A stretch of 15,344 nt of DNA, from NCBI GenBank assembly GCA_038143065.1, contig JAYQLI010000015.1, forward strand, positions 1 to 15,344. The letters run 5' to 3'. How positions within the stretch are numbered: position 1 is the stretch's first letter; each line of letters opens with the position of its first letter. The notes beneath the pieces are model-generated. The model saw only the letters and a program-made list of their open reading frames with translations, was not told the origin of the DNA and did no database searches. Shown in pieces: positions 1 to 9,798 of this stretch. Made by a program: the position numbers and the translations under genes. The DNA is from Rhodospirillales bacterium (GTDB lineage Bacteria; Pseudomonadota; Alphaproteobacteria; Bin95).

Positions 1-294
1 AATTATCATTTTAAAACAATAGCTTGCATTATTTATATGTAAAAAGGAACGCAAAAAGAGACACAAAGGAACTCTTTTCCTGATTTATAAGTTTCTTCTG
101 AAATGCGATTTGTAGATTTTGAGTTCGTCTAAACCATTTTCTCGAATTTGTTGTATAATTATGCACAAGGGTGGTGTTCCAAGCGAACAAGCTTAATGAC
201 CGCCGCACGGGCCCATGGCTTCCGCAACCAGGCTCACTACTGGAGCTTGGCTGAGGGTGTATGTTGAAAGGAAACGGTCGGGGTAGGGTGGCCC

Positions 295-331
295 AGAAAA
301 GAAATGGCTCAGCCCCTGACAGGGCTGGGCT
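295..331 (-). terminator. Possible intrinsic terminator for the leftward operon
   Basis: GC-rich 9-bp stem GCTCAGCCC-ctgaca-GGGCTGGGC (307-330, one non-canonical pair), followed on the minus strand by CATTTCTTTTC; about 260 bp past the Mo-subunit stop. Confidence 0.35.
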
Positions 332-593
332 GAATCTGAATGCAGTTCAAAAACAAACCAAACGCACACTATTTTTGTGTTTATGGGGTATCGGATGTGC
401 ACGCTGTGTTTACAACCTGTTGAGGCCATGAATTCATACAAAGATTAATCGCATTCCGCTTAGGATATTTAACAAATTATCCACTTTCGAACAATAAGCT
501 AACCATGCTCAGACAAGGTTACCAAAATTATAGTTGGTGAATTTTGAGTTCCAGTTCAGGGGTTGTGAGTATCAATGGATCAGTAATATCACT

Positions 594-2707
594 TTAACTT
601 AGTGCTAAGGTTCTCAGTGTAATCTGGGGTCAAAGGTATGTTATGTGCTCGCAGCCCTGTTAGGTCTGGCGACTGCGTTGGCTATTGCAGTTAATACTGG
701 TCCTGGCGAGGGCCTCGCCAGCACCTAGGGATTTCCCGGTGGGATGATTAAGGAGAATGGTTTCGATTTTTGGCACGTCTGGAAACCGCAGAATTGGGTA
801 ACTGTTCCAGTCCCGAGAGATCACTCCATCTTTGTCCCAGGTAACTTTTTCGAATAGTGCCCAGCTAATAGCCTGCAAAGCGCCACCTTCCAGCTGCGCT
901 TGTAGACCGTCCGAATCTACAATTCGACCTGCATCAGCAACAAGCAGAATGTTTTGGATCTGTATCTGAGCCGCATCAGAGATGGTTAGATCCACTGCAG
1001 CAGGGACCCTTTATGCTTCATTCTTGTACTGTGTGTAGGCAATACCTCGCCCAGAACCACTCACTAAGACCCGTGTGCGGAGTTCCTGTTCAAGGCGATT
1101 TAGTACCAGTATGGCACGAGGATCATGAAGATGTGTCCTCCGTAGTTCAAATGAGTCAAGACCTTGGCCCGTTGCGATTTCATCTATAAAGCTCTCGATC
1201 GCGAAGATGTTGAGAGCTGCACCCAGACATCTAAGAGCCGAAGTTCTATGTGGCATTGTCGTTACAAGGTTTTTGACAAAACGTGTTTCTCCAAAAAATC
1301 ACAAATTGAACCAAGTTTCGATGTAATCCACCATGGCGATTCATGTTGGGTGAACCGTCGTGCGGGCCAATTTTTGTTGAGCGAAAATGATTTGCTAAAA
1401 GCTTAGCAGGCCCAGCTAAATCTGCACCACTACGCGGTCGCCCACGAAAAGTTCCTCCTATGGCTTCTGCGGAAAAGGCGGTTATCTGACCTTCTGGTGT
1501 CACTACGGCAGCTAATTCAGTTGCACTGGCAGGACCGTAAGGTTCCCATGCATGTTCATCCTCGCGGTTCCACTTTAGCAATACAGGAGTATTGCGGCGG
1601 CTCATGGCCACTAAAGCAGCTTCGAAGGCAGCGTCATCGGCTCCCGTTATGTCCGTAACAACCTGATCCTGGCATGAATTCCAGGATAACGTGATCAAGT
1701 GACAGACCAAGGCTTTCAGCGATACTTTCGCGTAAGATATAAATACCTTGACTATGTGTCGTAATCCAAAGCTTTTCGCCGTCCCACAAAGCACATGCAG
1801 ATGATGGCGCGAGTGAAGCGTGCATTGTAAATGGACGTTCGTAGCGGGCTTGATGTGTAGGTGCAGATAAATTCTCAGGATTGCTTGGCCTTCTAATGGT
1901 CTTCCGTCTTTCACCAAAAATCGTATGGCGTTTTCTTGATTAAGGCATTCCTGAACGGGGCTTTCTTCTAGTCCCTCACCCAGATCCCATTCGCAGGCTT
2001 GAAAAAGCCGTTGAGCGGCGCGAACAACTGACCATTCAAAGATCCGGAGACTGGCAAAAAGCTACCATCGTGCAAAATATGAATACACTCTGCTTCCAAT
2101 CTGGTAGCGATTTCTTTCCGAAATCCGCGCAGGCTGGCTTTTGCATTTGGAGGTCGCACAATACGTGCATGGACCATTTCGGGTAAGCTGGAGATCGTGC
2201 AGAAACTGATACCGCCCCTCAACCAGTTCAGGTAACCCTCGCATTGACAAACCATGCGCCGCTTCGATGGTGCGAATTTCTGCATAAGGATCAATAGGCA
2301 AATCAAAATCTAGTTTTGCGAGAATATTTATGAGTAAAATTGGCATGTTTGTTTCTGGTCTGGTGAATTCACCATTCTCAAGAATCCAATCTTTCGGTTG
2401 TCCGCCCAGTTGTGCGCAAATGTAGGCGATTGCTGAATTTCTCAAAGTTGCGCAGGCCAGTCTCAAAGCGTGTCCAGATTGTTCGATTGAGTTACTGCCC
2501 GAGGTCATCCCTTCATCAGGGCTGTTTAGCGTACTTACGGGCTGTACACTTATTAAGCTGTCAGAAAGGGTCATCTCTTGATGAACTATACCAACGAGTG
2601 CCGTCGAAATGCGCTGACCAATATCTACTTTTTCCCGTGCGTAGTTGCAGTTTCCCGTTAGTAAGACATAGCCAATCGGAAATGATAGGATAGGACTTAA
2701 TGCTCAT
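594..2707 (-). CDS. Xanthine dehydrogenase-family molybdopterin-binding subunit (isoquinoline oxidoreductase beta / nicotinate dehydrogenase B-like, no cytochrome c domains); multiple frameshifts
   Basis: Stitched from ORFs 2062-2574, 1968-2306, 1634-1825, 1246-1917, 1011-1256 and 660-995. Starts MSIKSYPIISDWL..TGK/VDIGQRISTAL. Motifs DEGMTSGSNSIEQSG, HASLAPS, HSQGIY, GSGCYGHNG(A)DDAA, RTSALRCLGA..NIFAIESFIDE, AYTQYKN, QLEGGALQAISWAL, DWNSYPILRF, LGAGE. Reconstructed end ..IANAVADLTGLRAHNIPLTPDTLRTLALS* with TAA at 594-596. The ATG overlaps the upstream stop (ATGA). Confidence 0.9.
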
Positions 2708-3162
2708 GATACTGTTACTGCAAGTTTCACAGCCTCAAGTATTTGGGGGTGCGCGCCGCAGCGGCAAATATGCGGCGCGAGTGTGGTCTTAATTTCATCT
2801 TCTGTGGGTGTTTGGTTTATATGGAGGAGGGCGGTAACTGCAATCACCATCCCAGCCGTGCAATAACCGCATTGGGCTGCATTAGTTTTAATAAATGCAT
2901 CTTGGACCCTTTTGCCAATTTTATTTTCTCGCAATCCTTCGATAGTAGTTATCTCACGACCCTCAAACCACGATACAGGAACATTGCAACTTAGCTGTAA
3001 CCTGCCATCTACAAGTATTGCACATGCGCCGCATTGTTCCAGTCCACATCCGATTTTGCTGCCTTTCAGTTCCAATTCATTGCGCAGTACATAGACCAAG
3101 GGTATTTCGGGGTTACAAGAAGTGACGAATTGTTTACCATTTATCTGCAGGGTTAGCGTCAT
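2704..3162 (-). CDS. (2Fe-2S)-binding small subunit of molybdenum hydroxylase (IorA/NicA/CoxS family)
   Basis: Intact 152-aa ORF with KIGCGLEQCGAC..LVDG....SC and AAQCGYCTAG...HICRCG motifs for two [2Fe-2S] clusters; directly upstream of the Mo subunit. Confidence 0.95.
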   Translation of the reverse strand: MTLTLQINGKQFVTSCNPEIPLVYVLRNELELKGSKIGCGLEQCGACAILVDGRLQLSCNVPVSWFEGREITTIEGLRENKIGKRVQDAFIKTNAAQCGYCTAGMVIAVTALLHINQTPTEDEIKTTLAPHICRCGAHPQILEAVKLAVTVS

Positions 3163-3632
3163 ATGGCTACCTGCTTCCAGTTCACATCAAGTTGAACATT
3201 GGCGGAACGGAATAAATTCATTACTGGGCAGCGGAATTCAACATTGCGACTCAGCCGATCTAAACGCTCTTTCGGCTCATTTTGTGTATACTGATATTGG
3301 AGACGGACCCAATTGAAATAGGGCGTACGCCCACCACGCCGCGGCTGCCACGCTGGTCCACCTCGCCGCTAGCTTCTATGTCGACACCTGTATACTCAAA
3401 ACTCATTGCCTGCGCGCACCTGTTGATAATAACGCCTTCGCAACCCAACAAAGAGGCAAGGCACATTTCGAGTGGTGTAGGGCCGTGTCGGTATCTTTCT
3501 CGTCGCTAACTAATACATGGTCGCGAACCCTTATAACAGTTTGCGTTGAGGCCTCGTTGCGAGCGACTACGTGTCGTATGCCAAGGGTCTTTATGTTTGG
3601 ATCAACGCTAGGGGGAGAAGGTTATCGTTCAT
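3159..3632 (-). CDS. OsmC/Ohr-family protein; frameshifted, only partly in the ORF track
   Basis: Reading across frames: MNDNL..VDPNIKTLGIRHVVARNEASTQTVIRVRDHVLVSDEKDTDT(G)PTPLEMCLASLLGCEGVII..GVRPYFNWVRL..DRLSRNVEFRCPVMNLFRSANVQLDVNWKQVAI*. Has the OsmC DE..GPTP.E..LA.L.GC and ..RCPV two-Cys pattern. ATGA overlaps at both ends. Confidence 0.85.
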
Positions 3633-4880
3633 AGGGTCATCTCCAATATATCGAGTCCGGTATTGCGATCGAGTAAATAGATCAAACCGTTGTCATCGAC
3701 GTCAACGTCATTTGACTGTGGAGGCTTGCCATCGAGAGTTTCTACCATGTAGTGAGCAACTTCGACAGGAGACAAAGGATCTGCTAGATCTAGCACACGC
3801 AGTCCGCCTGCAAACCAAGTGGCATAAACGAGCGTGCCGTCGAGTTTTTCTCGATATTGGTGTGCACCAAACTTATTCCAGGTTCGCCAACCCATGGGCT
3901 TGCGCGTTCGCTCCAGGTCCCATGCTGCGACAGCTTCCATGTTGTTTATGTCGGTAACATCCAAGACCCACACAAAGCCATGCAGGCGGCCGGGCTTCAG
4001 TGGTCATGCTCTTCGTCGATCGCAATAGCATAGCGGCGCCCGTTAATGAGCTGGGTTAATGGCATGACTGTATGCGTGGGTTCAGGTATCGCTCGTGGAA
4101 AAACGTAAGAGCCAATTTGACGGGGTTGTGTGATGTCAGAAACATCCAGGGTTCGAAAACCTGCGTGCCAAACAGCTGCCCATAGTGTCATCCTACACGC
4201 ATTGCGTGATACAACCAGTGGCTATACCCCTTGCCGGTGGGAATTTCTCCGAAGCGACGTGTTGTCCCCGGCATGTGCCAGCGCGAAATTTCCGTCGGAT
4301 TGCTAGGTCGGCAAGATCATATACCACCAGTATATTACAACATAACCCTCCATTTCGGTCGAAATATAGGCGTAGCGCTCGTCCATATCGATCTGCACGC
4401 AAGCCGAATGTCTTGACATAAGAAAGCAAGCGCGAGTGGATTTATCAGCTACATCCCAAACACGAAAACCGCCTGAATGATATCCACGAGTTTGGGCGTC
4501 TTCCAGTTCGGGAAATCTGAAAGCGATACACCCAGTTGCAGTGCAATGGTGCTATCATCTAGCCCCTGCTTACGGAGGCTTGCGATTTTTTCACCTTTGC
4601 GCAAAAAATGGCGGCGATCCATTTCAACATTGGTGATCATTATATCCCCTTTAACGCGTACTTTGTGGGTATGGGACCATTGATCGGGCGGAGTTACATG
4701 GCTGACTACCGTCGGATTGGTTGGGTCGCGAATATCAATAATCGAGGTGCCCATCGGTGGCTTCATGTGGCCGACGTACGCGTAGCCGTCTTGCACTGTT
4801 ACCTGCCCACCACCGGGGATATCCAATCGTCCCAGGCATCGGATATTGCGAGATAATTCGTATTCTACCTCACGCTTCAT
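3629..4880 (-). CDS. LVIVD-repeat beta-propeller protein, His-rich, unknown function; multiple frameshifts
   Basis: Stitched from ORFs 4449-4931 (from MKREVEYEL), 4193-4429, 3997-4191 and 3629-3973. Repeated units YAYVG..GTSIIDIRDPTNP, GFRVWDVAD, ILVVYDLAD, AGFRTLDVSDITQP, WVLDVTDINN, GGLRVLDLADPLSPVEV, and terminal SNDVDVDDNGLIYLLDRNTGLDILE. Confidence 0.85.
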
Positions 4881-6395
4881 TTGGGTCATTTGTATATACC
4901 TCGTGTTTTTGGAGCTTGCGGCGACGTTCAAGTAAAGTCGGCAACAGAAGCGATACTAGTAGCGCTACCCACAAGATATTACCAATGGTGGAAGAAAAGA
5001 TTGTCAACACATCACCATCGGCCTTTTTCAAGGCAAGCAAGAAGTAGCGCTCCAGTAATGGTCCAAGGATCACCCCAATCAGTATCGCGGCAACATGGTA
5101 ACCTGTGCGCCGCGCTATGTAACCAAGCACTCCAAAGGCTAGCGCTAAATACATGTCAAACATGTATTCACGAGGAACAAAGCCGCCCACTAGCGTAAAT
5201 GAAATGATTAATGGAGCAAGATAAATTGTTGGGATCGTGGTAACACGACCTCATATACCGTGAGATGGTAATATGGTTAGAAACATTATCAAATAGCTTA
5301 TAGCCATTGCCATAAACATGCCGTAGCCCACTTTTGGCTGGTTCTCGAATAGGTGGGTCCGAAGCTGACGCCGTGGTACTGCATCACCACAAGCATGATC
5401 GCTGCTGTAGCTCCACCTGGGATACCCAGGACTAACAGTGGCACCAATGTACCCGAAGTCACGCCGTTATTAGCACTTTCGGGAGCTATGAGCCCTTCGG
5501 GATGACCGGTACCGTATTTATCAGGCGTTTTAGAAAAGGTGCGCGACTGTTGATAGGCGACAAAGCTAGCAATTGACGCTCCGGCGCCAGGTACCACGCC
5601 TATCACTAACCCAATGATGGAAGTCCAGACAATGTGCCACCATCGCCTCAAAGCTACGATAGCGCCTTCAATTGTGTCGTGCCAGTTGGGGGCTTTGCGG
5701 CTCAGCATCCTCGCTTATGATCACTTTTTTTATGATGATAAAGGCTTCAGAAACAGCGAAGAGACCCGCAATGCTGGGATAAGCGGCACTCCATCGTAAA
5801 GTTCAAGAAAGCCCATGGTACCACGCGGCGTGGCGTAGACGACGTCTGTACCGATTGATCCGATCATCAAACCAAAGAAGCCTGCAATAAGCCCTTTAAG
5901 CATATCTTGTGCTGCGATTGACGCAATCAGGGAAATACCGAAAAGCATAATCACGATCATTTCGACTGAATGCATGTAAAAACCAACCCGTGCGAGAATT
6001 GGCATAGTGGCCAGCGCGATAATCGGGTCAAAAGACCGCCAATACATGAGGAAACGAAAGAGATTGAAAGCGCTTGCTGGCCCTTACCTGCCTTAGCCAT
6101 CGGGTAACCGTCCAGAGGAGTAGCCGCGGCTCCCGCAATGCCGGGAATATTGACTAGTATGGCTGGAATACCCGCGCCCATTCGCGCCGAACAATAAAGC
6201 GATACCATAAATACGATGCCTGTTTCCAAGTCCATAGCTAGGGTCAGTGGCATCAGAATAATGATGGTATTGGCTGCAGAAAAAACCAGGGATCCCTCCG
6301 ACGATTAGTCCCTAGAAATATCGTTGGTATTATGACCCACCAATAGCCTAGGGTACTAAAAAAACCTCTATCAGCAATGTACTAGTTTCACCCAT
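4870..6395 (-). CDS. tctA: Tripartite tricarboxylate transporter large permease TctA; multiple frameshifts
   Basis: MGETSTLL..GLIVGGIPGF..ILMPLTL, SLYCSARMGAGIPAILVNIPG..AAATPLDGYPMAKAG, GLVIGVVPGAGASIASF, EGLIAPESANNGVTSGTLVPLLVLGIPG, AILIGVILGPLLE are TctA-family signatures. Confidence 0.92.
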
Positions 6396-6901
6396 TTGCC
6401 AGCATCGCTTTCATTGTTGTTTCGAACCAACCACGCGGAAAATCTTGTGTCGAAGGCTACGACGAAGATCAACCAGCCGACCAAAGAGATCAACGCCGAC
6501 AGGCCAATAATTAGACCAATACGTTGTCCTTTCGCTAATATGCCCATGCTTAATGACAGAAAAAGAAAGGTCGCAAGAGTAAAGCCAAGCTGCTCTATGA
6601 ACATACAAAATCCAAAAGTGGCCGCGATAAGCCCGATCCTTCCCGTACGTATGTCATCTTTGTTAATCAGGTTAGCAAAGCCGAGCGATCCTTCGCCTTG
6701 CATGAGCCAATTTATACAGCGGATCAGGAAAATTCCACACACTAGTAGTAAGATACCGCCGACAAGAAATGTGCTGACCTGCGCTGTCCATGGAGAGTTC
6801 CATATGGTGGAAAAATAGTAGAGCGTAAAAGTGATCGCCATAATTGGGATTACCAGCTCTCCGCCTAACTGACGAAGGTGTTCTTTATCTTCTGATTTCA
6901 T
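6388..6901 (-). CDS. tctB: Tripartite tricarboxylate transporter small permease TctB-like
   Basis: About 170-aa hydrophobic protein between tctC and tctA, with LGF.LATFLF motif. The true C-terminus ..VVAFDTRFPRGWFETTMKAMLANG* is recovered after one indel. RBS GGAGA upstream. Confidence 0.8.
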
Positions 6902-6920
6902 ATACTATCTCCGTTTGGCG

Positions 6921-6946
6921 GACTAGCGGCTTGAATGCCGCTAGTC
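6921..6946. terminator. Intercistronic stem-loop after tctC (mRNA stabiliser or partial terminator)
   Basis: Perfect 10-bp inverted repeat GACTAGCGGC-ttgaat-GCCGCTAGTC between the tctC stop and the tctB RBS; no U-tract in the transcribed (minus) direction. Confidence 0.65.
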
Positions 6947-6952
6947 ATGTTT

Positions 6953-7938
6953 TTATGCGCCGGTCAGAAGTGGCTTAAAGCGCGCGCCCATTTCTAGCAT
7001 TGCCTGCTTAAATGCTTCGCATTCCTCTAAACCCGCATATTGTAAGTATGCAGGTTGGCCTTTGAAGCGATGTAAGCTTCCATTAGGCGGATCTTCGAAG
7101 GTAGCCTTGAAGGTTGAATTGAGAACTTCAAAGCGGTCAGGGTAATCGTCGATCGCCTTTTTGTGGATGCCAAATGCGCGTGCCGACAACATTTCGGGCA
7201 GGTCCATATCGTACGCATCATTTATATTTGGCGCATTGTCCAGAGCTTCACCTACGACGTTGTTGCCAAATACGAGCAAGGTTTTTACTGCATCTCCTGC
7301 AGCAATAACTGAACCGGAGGTGAGAACTGAGAAGTCTACCTCTCGGTCACTGCACCAGCAACTGTATTCTTGCCGCCTGACAGTGGGATTAGGGTTAAAC
7401 TCTACTCCGACTTTTTCACCTTAGCGCCAGAAGGCCTATGGAAGCCGGGTGTGCCATACGTGAGGTGCCAACATTCAATTTACGCTTTTTACCCTCTGAA
7501 ATGATGTCATCCATGGTCTTCAGCGAGCTTTCCGCACCCACAAATAGGCAGCATGGATCTTTGTCCACTTGGCCAAAATATACGTAATCATTCACGTCAA
7601 AAGTTGGCTCCTGGACAGCCCAATTCAGAACCTCGGGGCCCATGTTTCCAAAAATCAAGCTATATGCATCTGGCTTCGCTTTACCCATGTACAGCTCGTA
7701 GCCCACTCGACCGATGCACCGGGTAGAAACCTGGTTCGAACTCAGTGCCAAGCTTCGTTTTCCAAACGCTCGAGAAGGCGCGGAAGTTGCGGTCTGCACC
7801 GCCACCCTCACGGGTTGGAATATAGACTTCGATATTACCATCTGGATAGCCCGCGGCTTGCAATACATTGGGTGTCGCGAGCGCAACAGATCCAATAGCG
7901 GCGCTCGTTTGTAAAAAACGTCTTCGGTTGATTTTCAT
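6953..7938 (-). CDS. tctC: Tripartite tricarboxylate transporter substrate-binding protein TctC (Bug family) with twin-arginine-like leader; frameshifted
   Basis: Stitched from ORFs 7681-7938, 7416-7895 and 6953-7279: MKINRRRFLQTSAA..AAGYPDGNIEVYIPTREGGGAD..PGASGRVG....AKPDAYSL. Strong RBS AAGGAGG. First gene of the tctCBA triplet. Confidence 0.88.
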
Positions 7939-7975
7939 CTTTTTTCCTCCTTGTTGATGAGATCTATTTTTATTG

Positions 7976-8753
7976 TTATGTGCTCATGAACCTCGAATTT
8001 CCGGTTTCGACCAGTGTGGTTAAGCCAGAATACATTAGCCGTGCTGCAATACCCGCAAGGACAATATTCAGCGTTAAGCGGAACAATTTGTCGTCTACGA
8101 AGCAAAACACGGCGTCCTACAATGGTTCCCAGAAATCCCGATAAAATCAAGAGTGTCACTAGACCGCCCAGTGTGAGAATGAAAAACCCAAGAGACCGAA
8201 CGCGAAAATTTTAAGTGCGTGCTGTATAGTCATAAGGGTTGCATGGGTTGCGGTGTGACGCAACTTGTCAAACTGTTGACTCTTCACGAAGGCTGCTACA
8301 AATGCACCGGTAGCGCCAAAGAACATGGTCAGAAAGCTAGAGATTGCGCCAGTTATCCAGCTTGAACGTCTCATAATTGCTGGAGGCTTTGCAAGGATCG
8401 ACCAAATAATGAACATCCCGACCCCTAATCTGTATCATAGCGGCATTCAGGTCGACTACAAAAACTGAGCCAAGCCCAACGCCAATCAATGATCCAAGTA
8501 GAAAGGCCCAAACCACTTCCCAATGCACATGCCGGAATGTCAAAATAGTTCGCCCTACGTTGGAGCCCAGTTGTACCAAACCGTGCACTGGGATTATCGC
8601 TGTCGCGGGTAGTAGAGTAGCAAACACTGCAATCAATATTCCGCCACCGCCGATGCCAAAGGCAACTGTGATAAAAGATCCTAAAAAGCTGAATCCAATC
8701 AGGGCTGTAGCAATCGGCCATTCAAGACCTGCAAGGAAAAGCTCTGGGATCAT
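7976..8753 (-). CDS. Sulfite exporter TauE/SafE (TSUP) family membrane protein; frameshifted
   Basis: MIPELFLAGL..GSFITVAFGIGGGGILIA..LPATAIIPVHGLVQLGSNVGR; second repeat GAISSFLTMFFGATGAFVAA..ATHATLMTIQH; ends ..DDKLFRLTLNIVLAGIAARLMYSG..MST* (TAA 7976-7978). Confidence 0.85.
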
Positions 8754-8754
8754 T

Positions 8755-9792
8755 TCAAGTCTCCAGTACGGTATGGTGGAAAAGTTCTTCGGGTGAAACA
8801 CGACGCTCTGCCAAGAACTGTTCGACCGAATAACGGCAAACTTGGCGTCCAACTCAGCTTTATTTGCTGAGTATCCATAACTCCAGTAGTCGGTTCCAAG
8901 TGTAGCAAGAGTGCGCTCCATGCTTGCATTTAACCATGGAAGCGACAGCCGATTTGCATTGCCCAGCCATATCTTGCGTAAGCGTTCGATTGCTGCATCA
9001 CGAGATGCGACAAATCCTTCATAAATAACTCTTGGCAAACTTGGGTTGTCTCGGACCAATGATTTGCGAACGCCGATCAAATGCATAATTGGAAATAGCC
9101 CGTCTTAGCGTGATAAGCCTGCTCTGCGGCTTCGTAATCTGGAAACAGGCGCTGAAACCTGTCGTCGCCATCTAAAGGCTTTTTGGTGGCTTGGGCGCCA
9201 AAAGCCCATCTATCTCACCGACAGCAGTAGGTCTTGCAGTGTCTCACCTTCGGTGATCGGATCGACGGTCATGTCATCGGGCAAAGCCAATTCCAAGCGC
9301 TCTTTACGGACGCCTTGATCCAGTGCACCTGTGCGCCAGCGAATACTCTGAGCTGAGACACCGTATTCATCTGATAATATCCCTCTCATCCAAAGGGCTG
9401 CAGTCATTTGATATTCTGGAACGCCAATGCTGCGGCCGGCAAAATCAGCAAGATTAGCGATGCCTGATCCTTTCCGTGAAAAGTATCCCGAATGACGGAA
9501 GGCGCGACTTACAAAAGCTGGAATTGCAATATAATTGCTAACACCTCGTGAAACCTCTAGAATGTAGCTAGATATTGACATTTCGGTAATGTCGTAAGGT
9601 GCTGAAGTAACAGCCAGTGGAAACAGTTTAGAGGTTGGCTCTATTACACTCTGCAACTTGATCCGTGGAATGGCACAGACCATCATGCAGCGCCATCACA
9701 CGATCATGATCCCAGGTAGCGAGAGTCAGCAAGTGCGATGACCCCGTACTCTGGGATGGTTTCTGATCGTGCGAGGTTGCCCTGATTGGCAT
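8755..9792 (-). CDS. 4,5-dihydroxyphthalate decarboxylase-like protein (type 2 periplasmic-binding-protein fold, no signal peptide); frameshifted
   Basis: LTLATWDHDRVMALHDG, YDITEMSISSY, AIPAFVSRAFRHS, GRSIGVPEYQMTAALWMRGILSDEYGV, RLFPDYEAAEQAY, FPIMHLIGVRK, DYWSYG..ANK.ELD, EQ.L..RRVSPEELF match the family pattern. Confidence 0.85.
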
Positions 9793-9798
9793 GTTGTG

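Noticed and set aside
154-159. TATAAT -10 box
   Set aside because: No convincing -35 element and no supported downstream gene; expected by chance in AT-rich DNA.
193-441. 82-aa minus-strand ORF
   Set aside because: No RBS or recognisable motif, and it overlaps a hairpin; probably non-coding.
594-3162. Calling the Mo enzyme nicotinate dehydrogenase, isoquinoline oxidoreductase or CO dehydrogenase
   Set aside because: Motifs place it in the IorB/NicB-like group only. No downstream nic genes, cytochrome c domains, FAD subunit or CoxL AYxCSFR motif were seen, so the substrate is unassigned.
3629-4880. Sigma-70 factor interpretation of the LVIVD gene
   Set aside because: Only a short HTH-like stretch; no sigma region 2, and the rest of the protein is beta-repeat.
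8337-9086. Apparent 249-aa fusion of the decarboxylase C-terminus to the TauE N-terminus
   Set aside because: One indel near 8842 explains it. The alternative frame gives a family-like end (CRYSVEQFLAERRVSPEELF..*) stopping at 8755, followed by a separate ATG at 8753.
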